A stretch of DNA of 63,745 nucleotides, filler included, from Octopus bimaculoides (taxonomy: Eukaryota): the NCBI RefSeq assembly GCF_001194135.2. It is 5 parts of 5 records of this genome, joined end to end, with 100 filler letters (N's around TTAATTAATTAA, not from the genome) between each part and the next. Parts side by side here need not be neighbours in the genome. Positions count along the whole stretch, not along the records: positions 9,864 to 40,984 come from NC_068989.1; 4 more parts are not named here. One strand, given 5' to 3'. A model generated the notes under the pieces. The model saw only the letters and a list, made by a program, of their open reading frames with translations. It was not told the origin of the DNA and ran no database searches. Made by a program: the position numbers and the translations under genes. Of this stretch, positions 13,403 through 25,280 are shown in pieces (position 1 is the stretch's first letter; every line of letters starts with the position of its first letter).

Positions 13403-16166
13403 CGACAGGCTGCTTTCAGTTTCCGTTTACCAAATCTATTCACAAGTCTTTGGCCGGCTCGAGGCTATTGTAAAAAACACTAGCCCGAGGTGCCACGCAG
13501 TTGGACTGAACTCCGAACCATTTGGTTGGGAAGCAAACTTCGTACCACATTGCCACGCCTATATGTTGATATATAAATTAAAAGGTGTGTGCTGTTGAAA
13601 TGATAATAAAAAAATATACATAAAAGAAATTTGTTACCTTCTGTATGTTGGGACTTATTTTCGAGAGACACAAACTGATACCGTAACAAAGGTATCAGCT
13701 GAGAACTCGGAGTAGCGTTATGTTCTCACCACGTAAGGAATATGAAGTCATTTAAAGAACCCATGCAACTGAAGTATAGCGTGCTTCAACACTTTGTACT
13801 GAAAAAGACTGATTTCTAATATTGGTACAACATCATAAATTTGGAAAGAGGACATTGTCAATTGAATAAATCTCAGTTCTTTTTATCGATGCCAGAAGAA
13901 TGAAATACAGTAAAGTTAACGAGATTTTGACTTAAAAGGGTCGAAACTAACTTTCTCAAAGTACTGTGTTTGACAGATTAACGAGTTTATCAATCTGCTA
14001 AACATATAAACATCTATCTATCTATCTATTTGTTTATATTATTTATATGTAAAACGTCTTTCCTGTGTGAAACTTCGAGTTATTGATAAAACGAAATAAT
14101 AACGAGGCCAAGTTTTGATTTCTTAAATTAAAATACCGCTATTATTATCAGGTAAAATATAAGGATTTTGAATCTATAATGTTAAAAATTTCACTTTGCG
14201 TTTCTGTTTAATTAATCACCGTTGACCTATACAACTGAATAAAAACAACAACAACAAAATCAAATTAATTTTGACATTAAGCAGTTCGATAAAATAGATT
14301 TTCATGGGAATTTAACATTTAAATGCTTGAATTCAGATTATATGGAAAAATTTTCATCTTTTGTCTTTTCTTTTCAGTATCTGCTTTATTTCGTATTTAT
14401 GTGTGTGTGTGTATGTACAAAAGGCGAGCGAGTTACGTACATGTTTCTTGCATTGTGATAGAACCAACGTGTGAAAATATATCGAGACACTATCATGGTT
14501 GTACGAACGAAAGTCTATTTCTGTAGTGGTTGGTACAGTTGTATTTCCTTATCTAACTCTGAGATGTTCAGTTGTTAAATCATGTTTAATTATATATAAA
14601 TGGAGTTCAAATGTCGCCTTTATTTGTCATCAATGTGGGGCTTGTTTTAATCATACCCTCACAGATATTGATTTTGAATTTAGCCAAAAAACAATAGGAA
14701 TTAGTTGTAGCAGCACAGGTCGATGAGTTGGCAAGAAGCGTAGCAGAACTTACAATATTTAATCTATATTTTGAGATGGACTTATATCAAGTTCAACTTA
14801 ATCAGAACATGCTAGAATGGCCTGGCGATCAACAAAGGTTAGGGCAAATGATTTTCGGTCTTTTACTAGTTGGCTTTAAAAGTTGAGTTTCCCTCCAATC
14901 CGTACTGTGTATATTGTTCAAAACTTTCAATCGAGTTTATTGGAGTCAACTTCCTTATTGGTTTTTAATAAGCAACCTCAGAGGGAATTTTTGTCTACTA
15001 ATTGTTTCGGTAATCTCAGCTGATCGAACGTTTTTTAAACTTAATATATTACACACATGAGACGCTACCGTATCATTATATTTACACACGAACGAAGTCG
15101 TCACGAAATGCCAATGAGACCGATATTATGAGCTTCGGATAAAGATTTTATCGTAGTTGGTAGAGTACTGCCAATTACGGAGGAAAAAAATGCTATGAAA
15201 TTATGCGAGCTCAAAGTTATTAAAATATTTATAACATCGATAAGGTTGGTGACCTTTTAAAGTTTCAACTAATTTATCTAACATTATATTTTGGTACGTA
15301 AATGTCACCAGTTGTAGATTGGGTGACTAACATGTAATTTGGTAAGACGGAGGGACACTGTTGTTTTAAGTTTAACTGGGTCAATTGCTTAATAGATATG
15401 TTTGAACAAACATTACTCATGACCACATTATCTAATATGCAATAAAGTTCAAGAGGAAAACAGTCTCCGGAAATCAGAGTTGTGGCGGAGGTATTGTTTT
15501 CACTCGTGTTTTTTTTGTTTGTTTGTCCGTGGACAAGATATCTCAAGAATTGCTGGATGGATTTGGATAAGACTTTCAGGGATGTTTGGCCTTGTGACTG
15601 ACACGAACTGATTAGATTTTGAGATCGATCTGGTACCGGATAAGGATTCTGGATTATTTGTTAAACTGATGGGGATGCGGTGTCGAGATGTGGCTTTTTT
15701 CCCACTTTCGAAGACATTGAGTCGACCCCCTACTTTACATGGAGTCTTTCTCTGATTACCTCCCTTATATTACATTATATTATAATATATTATATTATCT
15801 TTATATTATAAAACGATTCTGGATTATTTTTCCGTTTTTTTTTTAACTTAATTTTTGAGAGCGGTCGGGTTCATTTTTAGTAATCTTGTTTGTGAGAGCA
15901 GTCGGATTTATTTCAGATATTCTCATTTTAAAATTCATCTCCAGCTAATCGTTGAAAAGGACGTCGCCGTCTCAGAGTAACAACTTGCTTGTTTGAGTTT
16001 GGTCGTTTTTGACCATGGTTGGATTGTTGAAGACTTTCACTTTGAAATTGTCCGTTGTTAAAATTGTTTTACATCACTGTTGAAGCGACTCGCGCGTAAT
16101 TGTTTTTTGCTGTTGTTTTTTTACTGTTTTTTCCCCATTGTGGGGGTGAAAAGATAGCTTTTCATT

Positions 16167-16840
16167 ATGGAAAGCTATGCAAAAACCGATGCAGTGGGAG
16201 CAACTACGCCGTTGGAAGCGAAGCAGATAAAAATGAATATGAACGATATTATAAGAAGTGAACAAATTGTGCAAAGAGAGGGAGTCGCAATAAAGCTGGT
16301 CCCTCCAGAGGAAACGGTCAACGATAAGAGCGATAGGACGGTGGTGTGTAAATGAAATTGAAATACTATCAGAAGACGATGTAGAGGAATCCTTGGGACC
16401 CCTGATGAAAACGGTAACTTCGTAAGCCGGGAGAAGAAGCATGGCACGGTGGAGGTGAGCCTCACGTTCTACTACTGTTTTACGTTCTGACAAGGTGACG
16501 CTGCTGCCTACGTACTAGGGTCAGGCGCAGTGTTCGGATTAGAATTGGAAGAATGCCGCAAGAAGTAAAGACAGTGGTCGGTGGTAGCTATTCTGGCTGC
16601 CACCGAGGAAAGTCCCGAATTGGGACCAGTGGGAAGAACGAGCATGTTAAACTGGTGGGGATGCGGTGTCGAGATGTGGTTTTTTCCACTTTCGAAGATA
16701 TTGAGAGGACCCCCTACCAAATAGAGATTACAGGAGAAAGTTCCCTCAAAGTAATTGTTGAGGGCCGTCAACCGAATTGTTACCAATGTGGAGTGAGAGG
16801 CCATATGAGGACGCAGTGCCCCAAGCACAAGACTTCTTAG
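16167..16840 (+). pseudogene. Gag-like/ORF1 nucleic-acid-binding protein, N-terminal part with CCHC zinc knuckle (several frameshifts)
   Basis: Joining frames gives MESYAK...RTVVCK / ILSEDDVEESLGPLMKTV..SREKKHGTVEVS / VRIRIGRMPQEVKT / AILAATEESPELGPVGRTSMLNWWGCGVEMWFF / STFEDIERTPYQIEITGESSLKVIVEGRQPNCYQCGVRGHMRTQC. The V.VEG..P.C..C...GH...C layout is typical of Tx1/L1 ORF1. Confidence 0.7.
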
Positions 16841-17346
16841 AGTGAGAAGGGTGTGGAGAGGGACCAACAAGAAGCGGAGATTGGAGTACTAATTGAAGCA
16901 ATGAAAGACGGAGATGGCAAAAGCGATAAGGAGTGCGCCAGAGATACAGAGGAAGTGATACCGAAGGGAGACGGAACGAAAGCGGCAAAGGAGGGGAGCG
17001 ACGGGTTTGTCAGATCCAAAAGGAGGAAAAAGGCGAAATCAAGAGAACACTTGCAGGGACCAGCAGTAGAACCAGGTAGAACGTCCAAAAAGGTAAGGAG
17101 CCGCCTATTTTCAAGCAGACGCAGACACTAGAGACGGAAACAAGAGAGAAAAAATCGGTGGAAGAGAAGGTAAAGCACGGGTTGAAAAACAAGGCATATG
17201 TGTTATATACTACCAAAAAGATGTAGATGTGGAAAGGAGGATATCCAAATGGAGAGGAGTAATAAGGGTGAAATTGCCGAGGGAGAATTTTAAGGAAGAA
17301 GAAAACTGTGTAATATTGAGTGTCGAAAGATACGACACGTTCCTAA

Positions 17347-17799
17347 ATGGTGGTGGATAAAATAAGCGAAAAAGAACTTGAGGAGATGTTCAGGGAGGAG
17401 TTGCATGAGGAGGAGACATTGGTGAGGGCACCTGTTGTTCCGGTGGAGGATGAAAATCTAGAAATGCAACTGGTGGAAGAAAAGAAGAAGGTACCAGGAG
17501 CGGAGCAAGAAAAGAGAAAACTAATAAGAAAAGGAAAATTTCGATGGAATTTTGTTACGTACGCAAAAAGCAAAGAAACTGAAAAGAAAGTATTAAAGTT
17601 GAAACATATTATAAAAGTAAAGTTGCCTACGGATGAGTATTCCGAGAATGTGAAGGCCATCGTGGTTGACAAGGACACCTACAACAGACTAAAAGACATG
17701 CGTGGAGAAGGGATTGACCCACCAGGAGTGATGGCGGAGTTCGATGAATTGCCACCAGTAGTGGAGAAAAAAGATTTAGAACCTTTCATGAGATATTAA
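17347..17799 (+). CDS. 150-aa open frame; probably the C-terminal part of the ORF1 above (acidic linker plus second copy of a repeated domain)
   Basis: Uninterrupted, non-microsatellite ORF; joined by a single frameshift to an ATG-less open frame 17097-17360 that carries a similar domain. Confidence 0.4.
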   Translation: MVVDKISEKELEEMFREELHEEETLVRAPVVPVEDENLEMQLVEEKKKVPGAEQEKRKLIRKGKFRWNFVTYAKSKETEKKVLKLKHIIKVKLPTDEYSENVKAIVVDKDTYNRLKDMRGEGIDPPGVMAEFDELPPVVEKKDLEPFMRY

Positions 17800-19983
17800 A
17801 AAAGGAAAAAAGTAAGTAAAATTGTTTTATTGAAAAAAGAAAGAAAAAAGTAAAATTGTTTCACTTTAAAAAAAAGAAGAAAAAACGAGATTAAGAGAAA
17901 ACAAGATAATAGAACGATTGTAAATAGTTTATATAAACGTTCAAATGATACTGCATGGGAGTGGGGCCCATGCAGCCATTTCATTTTTCATTTTTATATA
18001 ACATTTCATTTTCATTCGTTTTATGTTTTTTGTTCTCACTGTGGTGTTGTGCTTGTCTTTGTAGTGTCCCCTCTGTGTTGTAGCCGTAGTGCCAAAATAA
18101 AGTAACATTAGCGGAGGTTTGCGCTCTCTGAGTGCTCTTGTTTTACTTATATTAGTTTCAAATTTTGGCACAATGTAAGCAAGTTTTGGCGAGGAAGTAA
18201 GTTAATTACATCGACCCCAGTGTTAAATTGGGTGCTTATTTTATCGACTCCGAAATTATAAAAGTTAAAGTCGACAGAATTTGAACTCAGAACGTAAAGA
18301 CGAACGAAATTCTGCTAAGTATTTTGCTCGACGCAGTGACAATTCTACCAGCTTACTACTCTAATCATTCTGCTTATATTACAAAATCAGTATCTTTCTG
18401 TCTTGAACTCTTAGATTTGCAACGTTGTTTTGAGAGCAGTGCCTTTCAAACGAGTTATTTTCACAGATTACATGTCTTTCGGGTGTAATTAAGAACATTT
18501 TCGTATTTTGATAGAAAACGAAATGAACGCTAAAAGAAAGAAATAAGATCCAGTATTGAATTTATGTTTGATGACTCATTCCATTTCTACATTGTATTTA
18601 TGTGTAAAATTTATTTATCCTATACATAAGCGAGAGAAATAGAATCAGTTGCTTTGTCTTTAGTGATCAACGCTATCGTAGACGCAGTGGATTTTGCGAT
18701 GTTTATAATTTTCCCAAAGGAATTAATTGAATAAGTGAAATATCTTTGAACGATAATTGAGTCCCGGACTAGGTTGATTATGTGTCTACCACCTTATATA
18801 TAATGTACAACCCAAATACAATTATCCATACATTGTATCATCTCATTAACAAATGACAACAAATACAAACGGAATCACTTTATTACAAAAGATCTACTGG
18901 TGATCAGACATTTGACCCTATTATAGATAACTTCATATGACTATGAAAAATTCATCTGTTGCTTATGACTTCTCATAAGTTATGTCACTAAGGACCTGCT
19001 GATGATAACATCTAACAACCTAACATATTGCGAATGACCTGCTACAAATAATCCAGAGGCAAGTTGCAAAGTTTTTGCTGCTGATAAACTTATTAATGGT
19101 TATCTGGAATTGATAGCCTCACTTGCTACAGACAAATATATACCATTTTATAAAATAGCCTTTCTATAATTCGAACATAGAATGTTTAAATTCAAAAGCC
19201 AAAATCGCTGAGGAATATTGTTATTACTATATTTGCTAATAATCCTTTCTACTAAAAGAGCAAAACCTGAAATTTTGGGTTGAAGTGGGGGAAGGGCTAG
19301 ACAATTACATCGATCCCGGCGCTCAACTAGTACTCATTTTTTCAACCCCGAAAGGATGGAAGGAAAAATCGACTTCGTCGGAATTTGAACTCAGAACGTA
19401 AAGACGGACGAAATACTGCTAAGCATTCTACCCGGCATGACAACGATTCTGCCAGATCGCCACCTTTAGCATGTTGAAATAATAAAAGAATTATCTTTAA
19501 CAATGCATACTCATAACACTAAGCATTTTTGATATGCATACTACACTATTTTTTAAATGCATTGATGTGCGAATCAAGAAAATAGTGAATTGTCAAAGGA
19601 TAATAACTGATTTTTAAAATTGAAATAATCACCGGTTGAGTACTGAGGTCGATCTAATCGATTTAGCCTCCTCCCCCGAAATTAATGGCCTTGCGCCAAA
19701 AATTTTAAATCACTATTTCAACATGCTAAGGCAGCGAGCAGGCAGAATCGTTAGTACGCCTGCAAAAAATACTTAGCGGTAGGTATTTCGTCTATTTTAC
19801 GTTTTGAATTCAAATTCTGCCGAGCTCAACTTTACCTTTTATTCAGCTTAGCACCGGGGTCGATGTAATCGGCTCACACCATCCCCCGAAATTTCTGACC
19901 TTGTTCAAAAATTTGAAACTGATTTTTCAACATGCTAAAATAACACAGCCTACTCTTTATTTTCATCAACATTATATCATATG

Positions 19984-20369
19984 TGTGGAGACGCAATGGC
20001 CCAGTGGTTAGGGCAGCGAACTCGCGGTCATAGGATCGCGGTTTCGATTCCCAGACCAGGCGTTGTGATTGTTTATTGAGCGAAAACACCTAAAGCTCCA
20101 CGAGGCTCCGGCAGGGGATGGTGGCGAACCCTGCTGTACTCATTCACCACAACTTTCTCTCACTCTTTCTTCCTGTTTCTGTTGTACCTGTATTTCAAAG
20201 GGGCCAGCCTTGTCATACTGTGTCACGCTGAATATCCCCGAGAACTACGTTAAGGGTACACGTGTCTGTGGAGTGCTCAGCCACTTGCACGTTAATTTCA
20301 CGAGTAGGCTGTTCCGTTGATCGGATCAACTGGAACCCTCGTAAGCGACGGAGTGCCAACAACAACAAC
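19984..20369 (+). mobile_element. tRNA-derived SINE family C, full length
   Basis: A box TGGCCCAGTGG, B box GGTTTCGATTCC, (CAA)n tail, 10-bp TSD ATATCATATG at 19974-19983 and 20370-20379. Confidence 0.9.
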
Positions 20370-22419
20370 ATATCATATGCACATTCGAATAGTCGTTCTA
20401 AAATTTTGCATGGTTTATTAAAGCCCACTTCTGAAGAAGTGATAGGGGAATTTCTGAAATTTAGATGTGCTCTATAAACGAATCTAGTGATTGCACTCTC
20501 ATTTTCAAATACACAGGCAAGAAATCTAAATGCCCTTTCCGACGTACAAAACGTAACATCTGTGAAAAGAATTCCTTACTTTGACCAACCAATCAATAAA
20601 TCAACATCCCTGTTTTCTCAGTTATTCCTATTCTCCCGTTTAGGATACGAAGTTTATAAAACATTTATTGTAGTTTTGACAATTTCTTTCAGATATAGAA
20701 ACTACCTATTTTCTAAAACATTACTGACTGAACAAAGTGTGCGCTAATGAATAATTAAAAATAAAAGCTATTTCTTGAATTGTTTCACTAACTGTTCAAA
20801 CTAATTGAATTGTGGCTTTTAGGAAGGAAACAAGGAAATAATAATAACAATAAAGCCCCGTGATCTTTCACTGTCTGGAAATAACTTTATTACCAGTGAA
20901 CTGTCCATTCATTAAAGATTTATTTGCCAATTCCTTTGTTTAGAGTTTGGGTGTTTGTTCATTTAGTAAAGTAGAGAAGCTCGAAGAAAGTTTTTTCATC
21001 TATACCTTACAGATTGGCTCATGAAAACGTCACACAAATCATATAAATTATAGTGTAAAATGTCATTTCTGTTAAAAGTTAGAATATTACACTCGATTCT
21101 AGTTCAAAGTTCAAAAAGGTCAGCAAAATATATTTAGAAAACAATATTACATAATAACAGTTATTTCTTTTTTTTTGGTTTAGTTGGTTCATTTCAGTTT
21201 TAACAATTTCATTGGTGGATAAAAAATAACGGAATATTTTGAACTGTGGTTGAACAGTAAGAATCGTAGCTGACTACTTGGTAACATGCCAACCTTCTAA
21301 CTGTGGTGAACTGGGATATATGTATGTGTGTGTGTGTGTGATTGATATTAGCACCTGGAATTTTCTTCCTTAATTTTTTTCCATTTTGATTTGTTTCAAT
21401 TTTCCCTTTTCTCTTGTGCAATTATGTTTGAAGGCTTAATTCAGAAACGTTAACACGTTTGTGTTGTATTGCCATTACCAAGTAAAGAATAGAGTGTAGA
21501 AACGAAACAAATGTATATCTCATTGTTTAATTAAACTACCATTTACAGAGTCTTTGATATGGGGAAGTTTGTGGGAATATTGTGTCTAAGAAAAGATTTA
21601 GATTTGTGGTAATGTTAGATTTATACGACCAAAGTAAACAAGGAAACAGAAAAAGAGATATGTGTTACATGTATATATATATATATATATATATANNNNN
21701 NNNNNNNNNNNNNNNNNNNNNNNNNNNNNNNNNNNNNNNNNNNNNNNNNNNNNNNNNNNNNNNNNNNNNNNNNNNNNNNNNNNNNNNNNNNNNNNATATA
21801 TGTATATATGTATATATATATGTATATATATGTATACGTATATGTGTATATATATATATGTGTGTGTAGAGGGGGAGGGGGAGGAGATAGTCGGTCTAAT
21901 GATTAGGCACGATACTATACTGGAGCACTTAAATTGATGAATCTTCTACAAGTTTTAGTTGAAAGCGTTCCCTTGTTCAATCAACTGAACAAACTTAAAG
22001 CATAAACTTCACATAAGGTTCATACTTTGTGTTAAACGACTGCTTCATTAACATCGTGATCATTAAATGTAGATAATCGTGATACATATTTAGATATTTT
22101 AATTTAAACTAATTTAAAAGTTGTGTCTGCCCAAATCTTCAGGAATATCATATTATTAACAAAAGGGTTAGAAAGTCGGATAAATGTACATACCAGATTC
22201 GTTCCAATTCAACGCTCTGAGTTCAAATCCTGCCGACGTCAACAGTATATATCATCTCTTCAGTCGGGTACCAGGGTCGATTCTTCTCTCTCTCTCTCAA
22301 CATATATATGTGTATATATATATAGATATACAGACAGTTTTTGACCCTGGGATTTATTGATAAATATTGAGAAGCTATTAAGAATAAGAAATTACACTCT
22401 TCTGAATGAAAAAAAATTT

Positions 22420-22830
22420 CTGCTTTCGATGAAATGAGAGGAATCCTGGGTATGGAAACATCCTTTCCCTTTCCGCAATAACATGTGGTATCATCTTCTT
22501 TACCACCAGGCGTGTCTCATTGCAGAGTTTTGGTGAATCCAAATTTCTCATTAACATTATTGAGGTTCTCATTTTAAGTTCCAGTCTGTGGAGAGGAAGT
22601 CCTGGAGGCTCCAATGAATTGAGAAATCCTGTTGGATAATTTACCACCTCTTCTGGATCGGGATTGTATCAACTGACTTATGACTGATGTGAGGACTTCC
22701 AGGAAGGTTCTGCAGCAGCTGCTCATTAATTTTGCAGTGCTAGTTTTTGGAGCCAGTATTGCTCTTTCACACAGCCAAGTGAGATTGTGATAATCTTTCG
22801 ACCAATGGAGGATCTCCTCATGGGAGACAT
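22420..22830 (-). mobile_element. Helitron PIF1-like helicase fragment
   Basis: WLCERAILAPK...INEQLLQNLPG...VNYPTGFLNSLEPPGLPLHRLELK...IMLMRNLDSPKLCNETRLVVKK. Confidence 0.9.
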
Positions 22831-23005
22831 TATGTCAAGAAATATGATGTAATAAAATAAGATGGCAGTTGTACGTTAATAATGAAATCTCAAAAAAAAA
22901 AAAGGTGAATAATATCAATATCTTTGCAAATTTTAAGAAACACATACAATGAACTAAAATGGAACTTCATCGGTTGTCAAGCAATGACTCTGGGGAAAAA
23001 GGGGC

Positions 23006-23053
<48 letters not shown>

Positions 23054-25249
23054 ATATACACGAGAGGCTTCTTCCAGTTTCCGTCAACTAAATCCACTCA
23101 TAAGACTTTGGTCGGCCCGTAGCTATAGTAGAAGACACTTGCCCAAGGTGCCGCGCAGTAGGACTGAATCCGGAATCATGTGGCTGGGAAGCAAGCTTCT
23201 TACCACACAGCCACGCCTGCGCCTATTGCCCAAGTTTCTGTCTCGTAGAAAGCGTTTGGCATAGCATAAGTTTACTGACCTGAATTTTAGATGCAGAGTT
23301 ACTTCTTTTGAAGTGAAAAGCTTTTTCCTCCTTATAAATGTTGTTTTAGCGTTATTTATTCTTTGAGTAACTTCTACACATCGACCTTCTTGATGTATCA
23401 TTTGTCCCAAATACTAAAAGTAACATACGTGTCATATGTCTGTCTAATCAGAACTGACCATTGGGTAAAACAAGAACAAGTGTAACAAGAATTTTAATAT
23501 TTGAACTCGATTAAATAGCCATGTTTTAAACAATTCTCCTAGGAAAAGCAGAAAAATATGATTAAAAAATAAACATTAATTTTTATTGAACTGCAAATGT
23601 TATTTTATCTGGGCAAATAACAAAAACAAAACAAGATGGAATCACCAAAAAGCATATATATATATATAAAAAAAGAAGACAACCATTGATGAAATGAAAG
23701 GGAAACTGAGTGACTATTCAATTAATTTAGAAGTTCAGTTGTTGTCGGTGTTGTTTGGAGACTGCTTGTTCCTTTGAACATCAATTAATAACATGACAGA
23801 GAAATAGGACTGATTCATATTAACATAATATCGAGATCACTGTTGTTGTTATTGTTGTTATAAGGGGTGGTGTTGGTGGCAGTGGAGACGATTTAGTTTT
23901 TTGTTGTTGTTGCTAATCGATTACTTTGCTATTACTGCTACTCTTGCTATTCCTGCAACTCCTGCTACTCCTGCTGCTACTGCAAGTGTTATCGATCGTT
24001 AATTTCATACTACAACATATTAGTTTTTCTTGATTAGACATGGGGTCTTATATATTTTTAGGGGAAACGGTTATTGTTGTTGTTATTGTTTAGCCTCAAT
24101 ACAATCGCGATCAAGCAAATCTTTGGTGGAAAGCACTTAAACCGTAACCATCCAGATTTTATAAATAATACTGCACTGTTCAATGTATCCTTTTTTTTCT
24201 AAAGATAGTGAAGAGAAAATTGAGGGTTTCTATCTCTCATAAATAAAGCGACCTATGAACTGATTCTTTCAATAGTTCGTTTGCTCCAAGTCAACCGCGA
24301 TAGAGCAGACTGACCAGTGATCAAAAGTCTTTCTTGTTATGATTATACCGTATTTTCCCCTGGAATTGTGTACCCTGTTCATCATTATCGTACGGTATGT
24401 ACCTGCAACAAAATACAGTGTTGCAAAAATCATTCTTCAAGGAACTGTGGTGGGGAGGAGGAAGTGAGAGAAATAGATAGGAAAGAAGATGGGCTGTCGC
24501 CAAGGAATGAACTGGCAAATCGTTGAGACCACCGAACTCTGGCACACAATGTTATGTCGGTGCCTCTACGATTCCACTGGAAGTTGAGGGTCCAAGACAA
24601 ATAAAACCTAGACGACATTATTCAATATTGTCCTTTTATAAGACAGTAAGGTGTAGTTTGAGGACGATTTAACTAGTATTTCTTGCCGATCAAGTGACTA
24701 TATAAACCATATAAACACTTCCTCATTGAAACGTGATTGTCCCAAGCAACAGGAGAAAACACTTGCTTGAGGTACCGTGCAGTCGTTTCGAGTTCTTAAC
24801 TGCAAAGCTGTTGCTTTTGTTAAGTTTTAGGTCAGTTCTAATTGAACTGATCACTGATTTAATGGTGTTCCAATCGCTGCACTGCGACCATTCAGTCTTT
24901 TTAATATTTTTTTGAATATCTAAGATAACATTTTGCAATGTGACCTTATCTTTTTAAAAAAAGTGTGCTTTGNNNNNNNNNNNNNNNNNNNNNNNNNNNN
25001 NNNNNNNNNNNNNNNNNNNNNNNNNNNNNNNNNNNNNNNNNNNNNNNNNNNNNNNNNNNNNNNNNNNNNNNNNNNNNNNNNNNNNNNNNNNNNNNNNNNN
25101 NNNNNNNNNNNNNNNNNNNNNNNNNNNNNNNNNNNNNNNNNNNNNNNNNNNNNNNNNNNNNNNNNNNNNNNNNNNNNNNNNNNNNNNNNNNNNNNNNNNN
25201 NNNNNNNNNNNNNNNNNNNNNNNNNNNNNNNNNNNNNNNNNNNNNNNNN

Positions 25250-25280
<31 letters not shown>

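Larger units (their letters stand above)
15983..18100 (+). mobile_element. ORF1-only (HAL1-like) non-LTR retroelement of Tx1/L1 type, frameshifted copy
   Basis: 7-bp TSD AGTAACA at 15976-15982 and 18101-18107; AATAAA-like signal at the 3' junction; ~185-bp 5' leader; broken ORF from ATG 16167 (MESYAK...) through a CCHC knuckle CYQCGVRGHMRTQC to stop 17799; no endonuclease or RT sequence before the TSD. Confidence 0.7.
15461..18142 (-). mobile_element. Non-autonomous Helentron/HINE (DINE-1-like) element, interrupted by two insertions
   Basis: Colinear with the uninterrupted copy at 47367-47723: 5' end (rc ACAAGAGCACTCAGAGAGCGCAAACCTCCGC) at 18108-18142, body at 15490-15975, 3' GGCGGAGGTA palindrome arm near 15484. 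Confidence 0.65.

Noticed and set aside
19984-20060. tRNA-like A/B boxes here and at other SINE heads
   Set aside because: No complete cloverleaf with acceptor stem; they continue into SINE bodies, so these are SINE heads rather than tRNA genes.
20400-20477. KILHGLLKPTSEEVIGEF resembling the ABC-transporter GLLKPTSG motif
   Set aside because: No Walker A upstream (a SINE lies there), stop follows quickly, no splice support; chance.
24317-24420. Possible exon on either strand (minus ttgcag|YIPYDNDEQGTQFQGKIRYNHNKKDF*; plus IKSLSCYDYTVFSPGIVYPVHHYRT|gtatgt)
   Set aside because: No recognisable homology and conflicting strand signals; cannot be supported.
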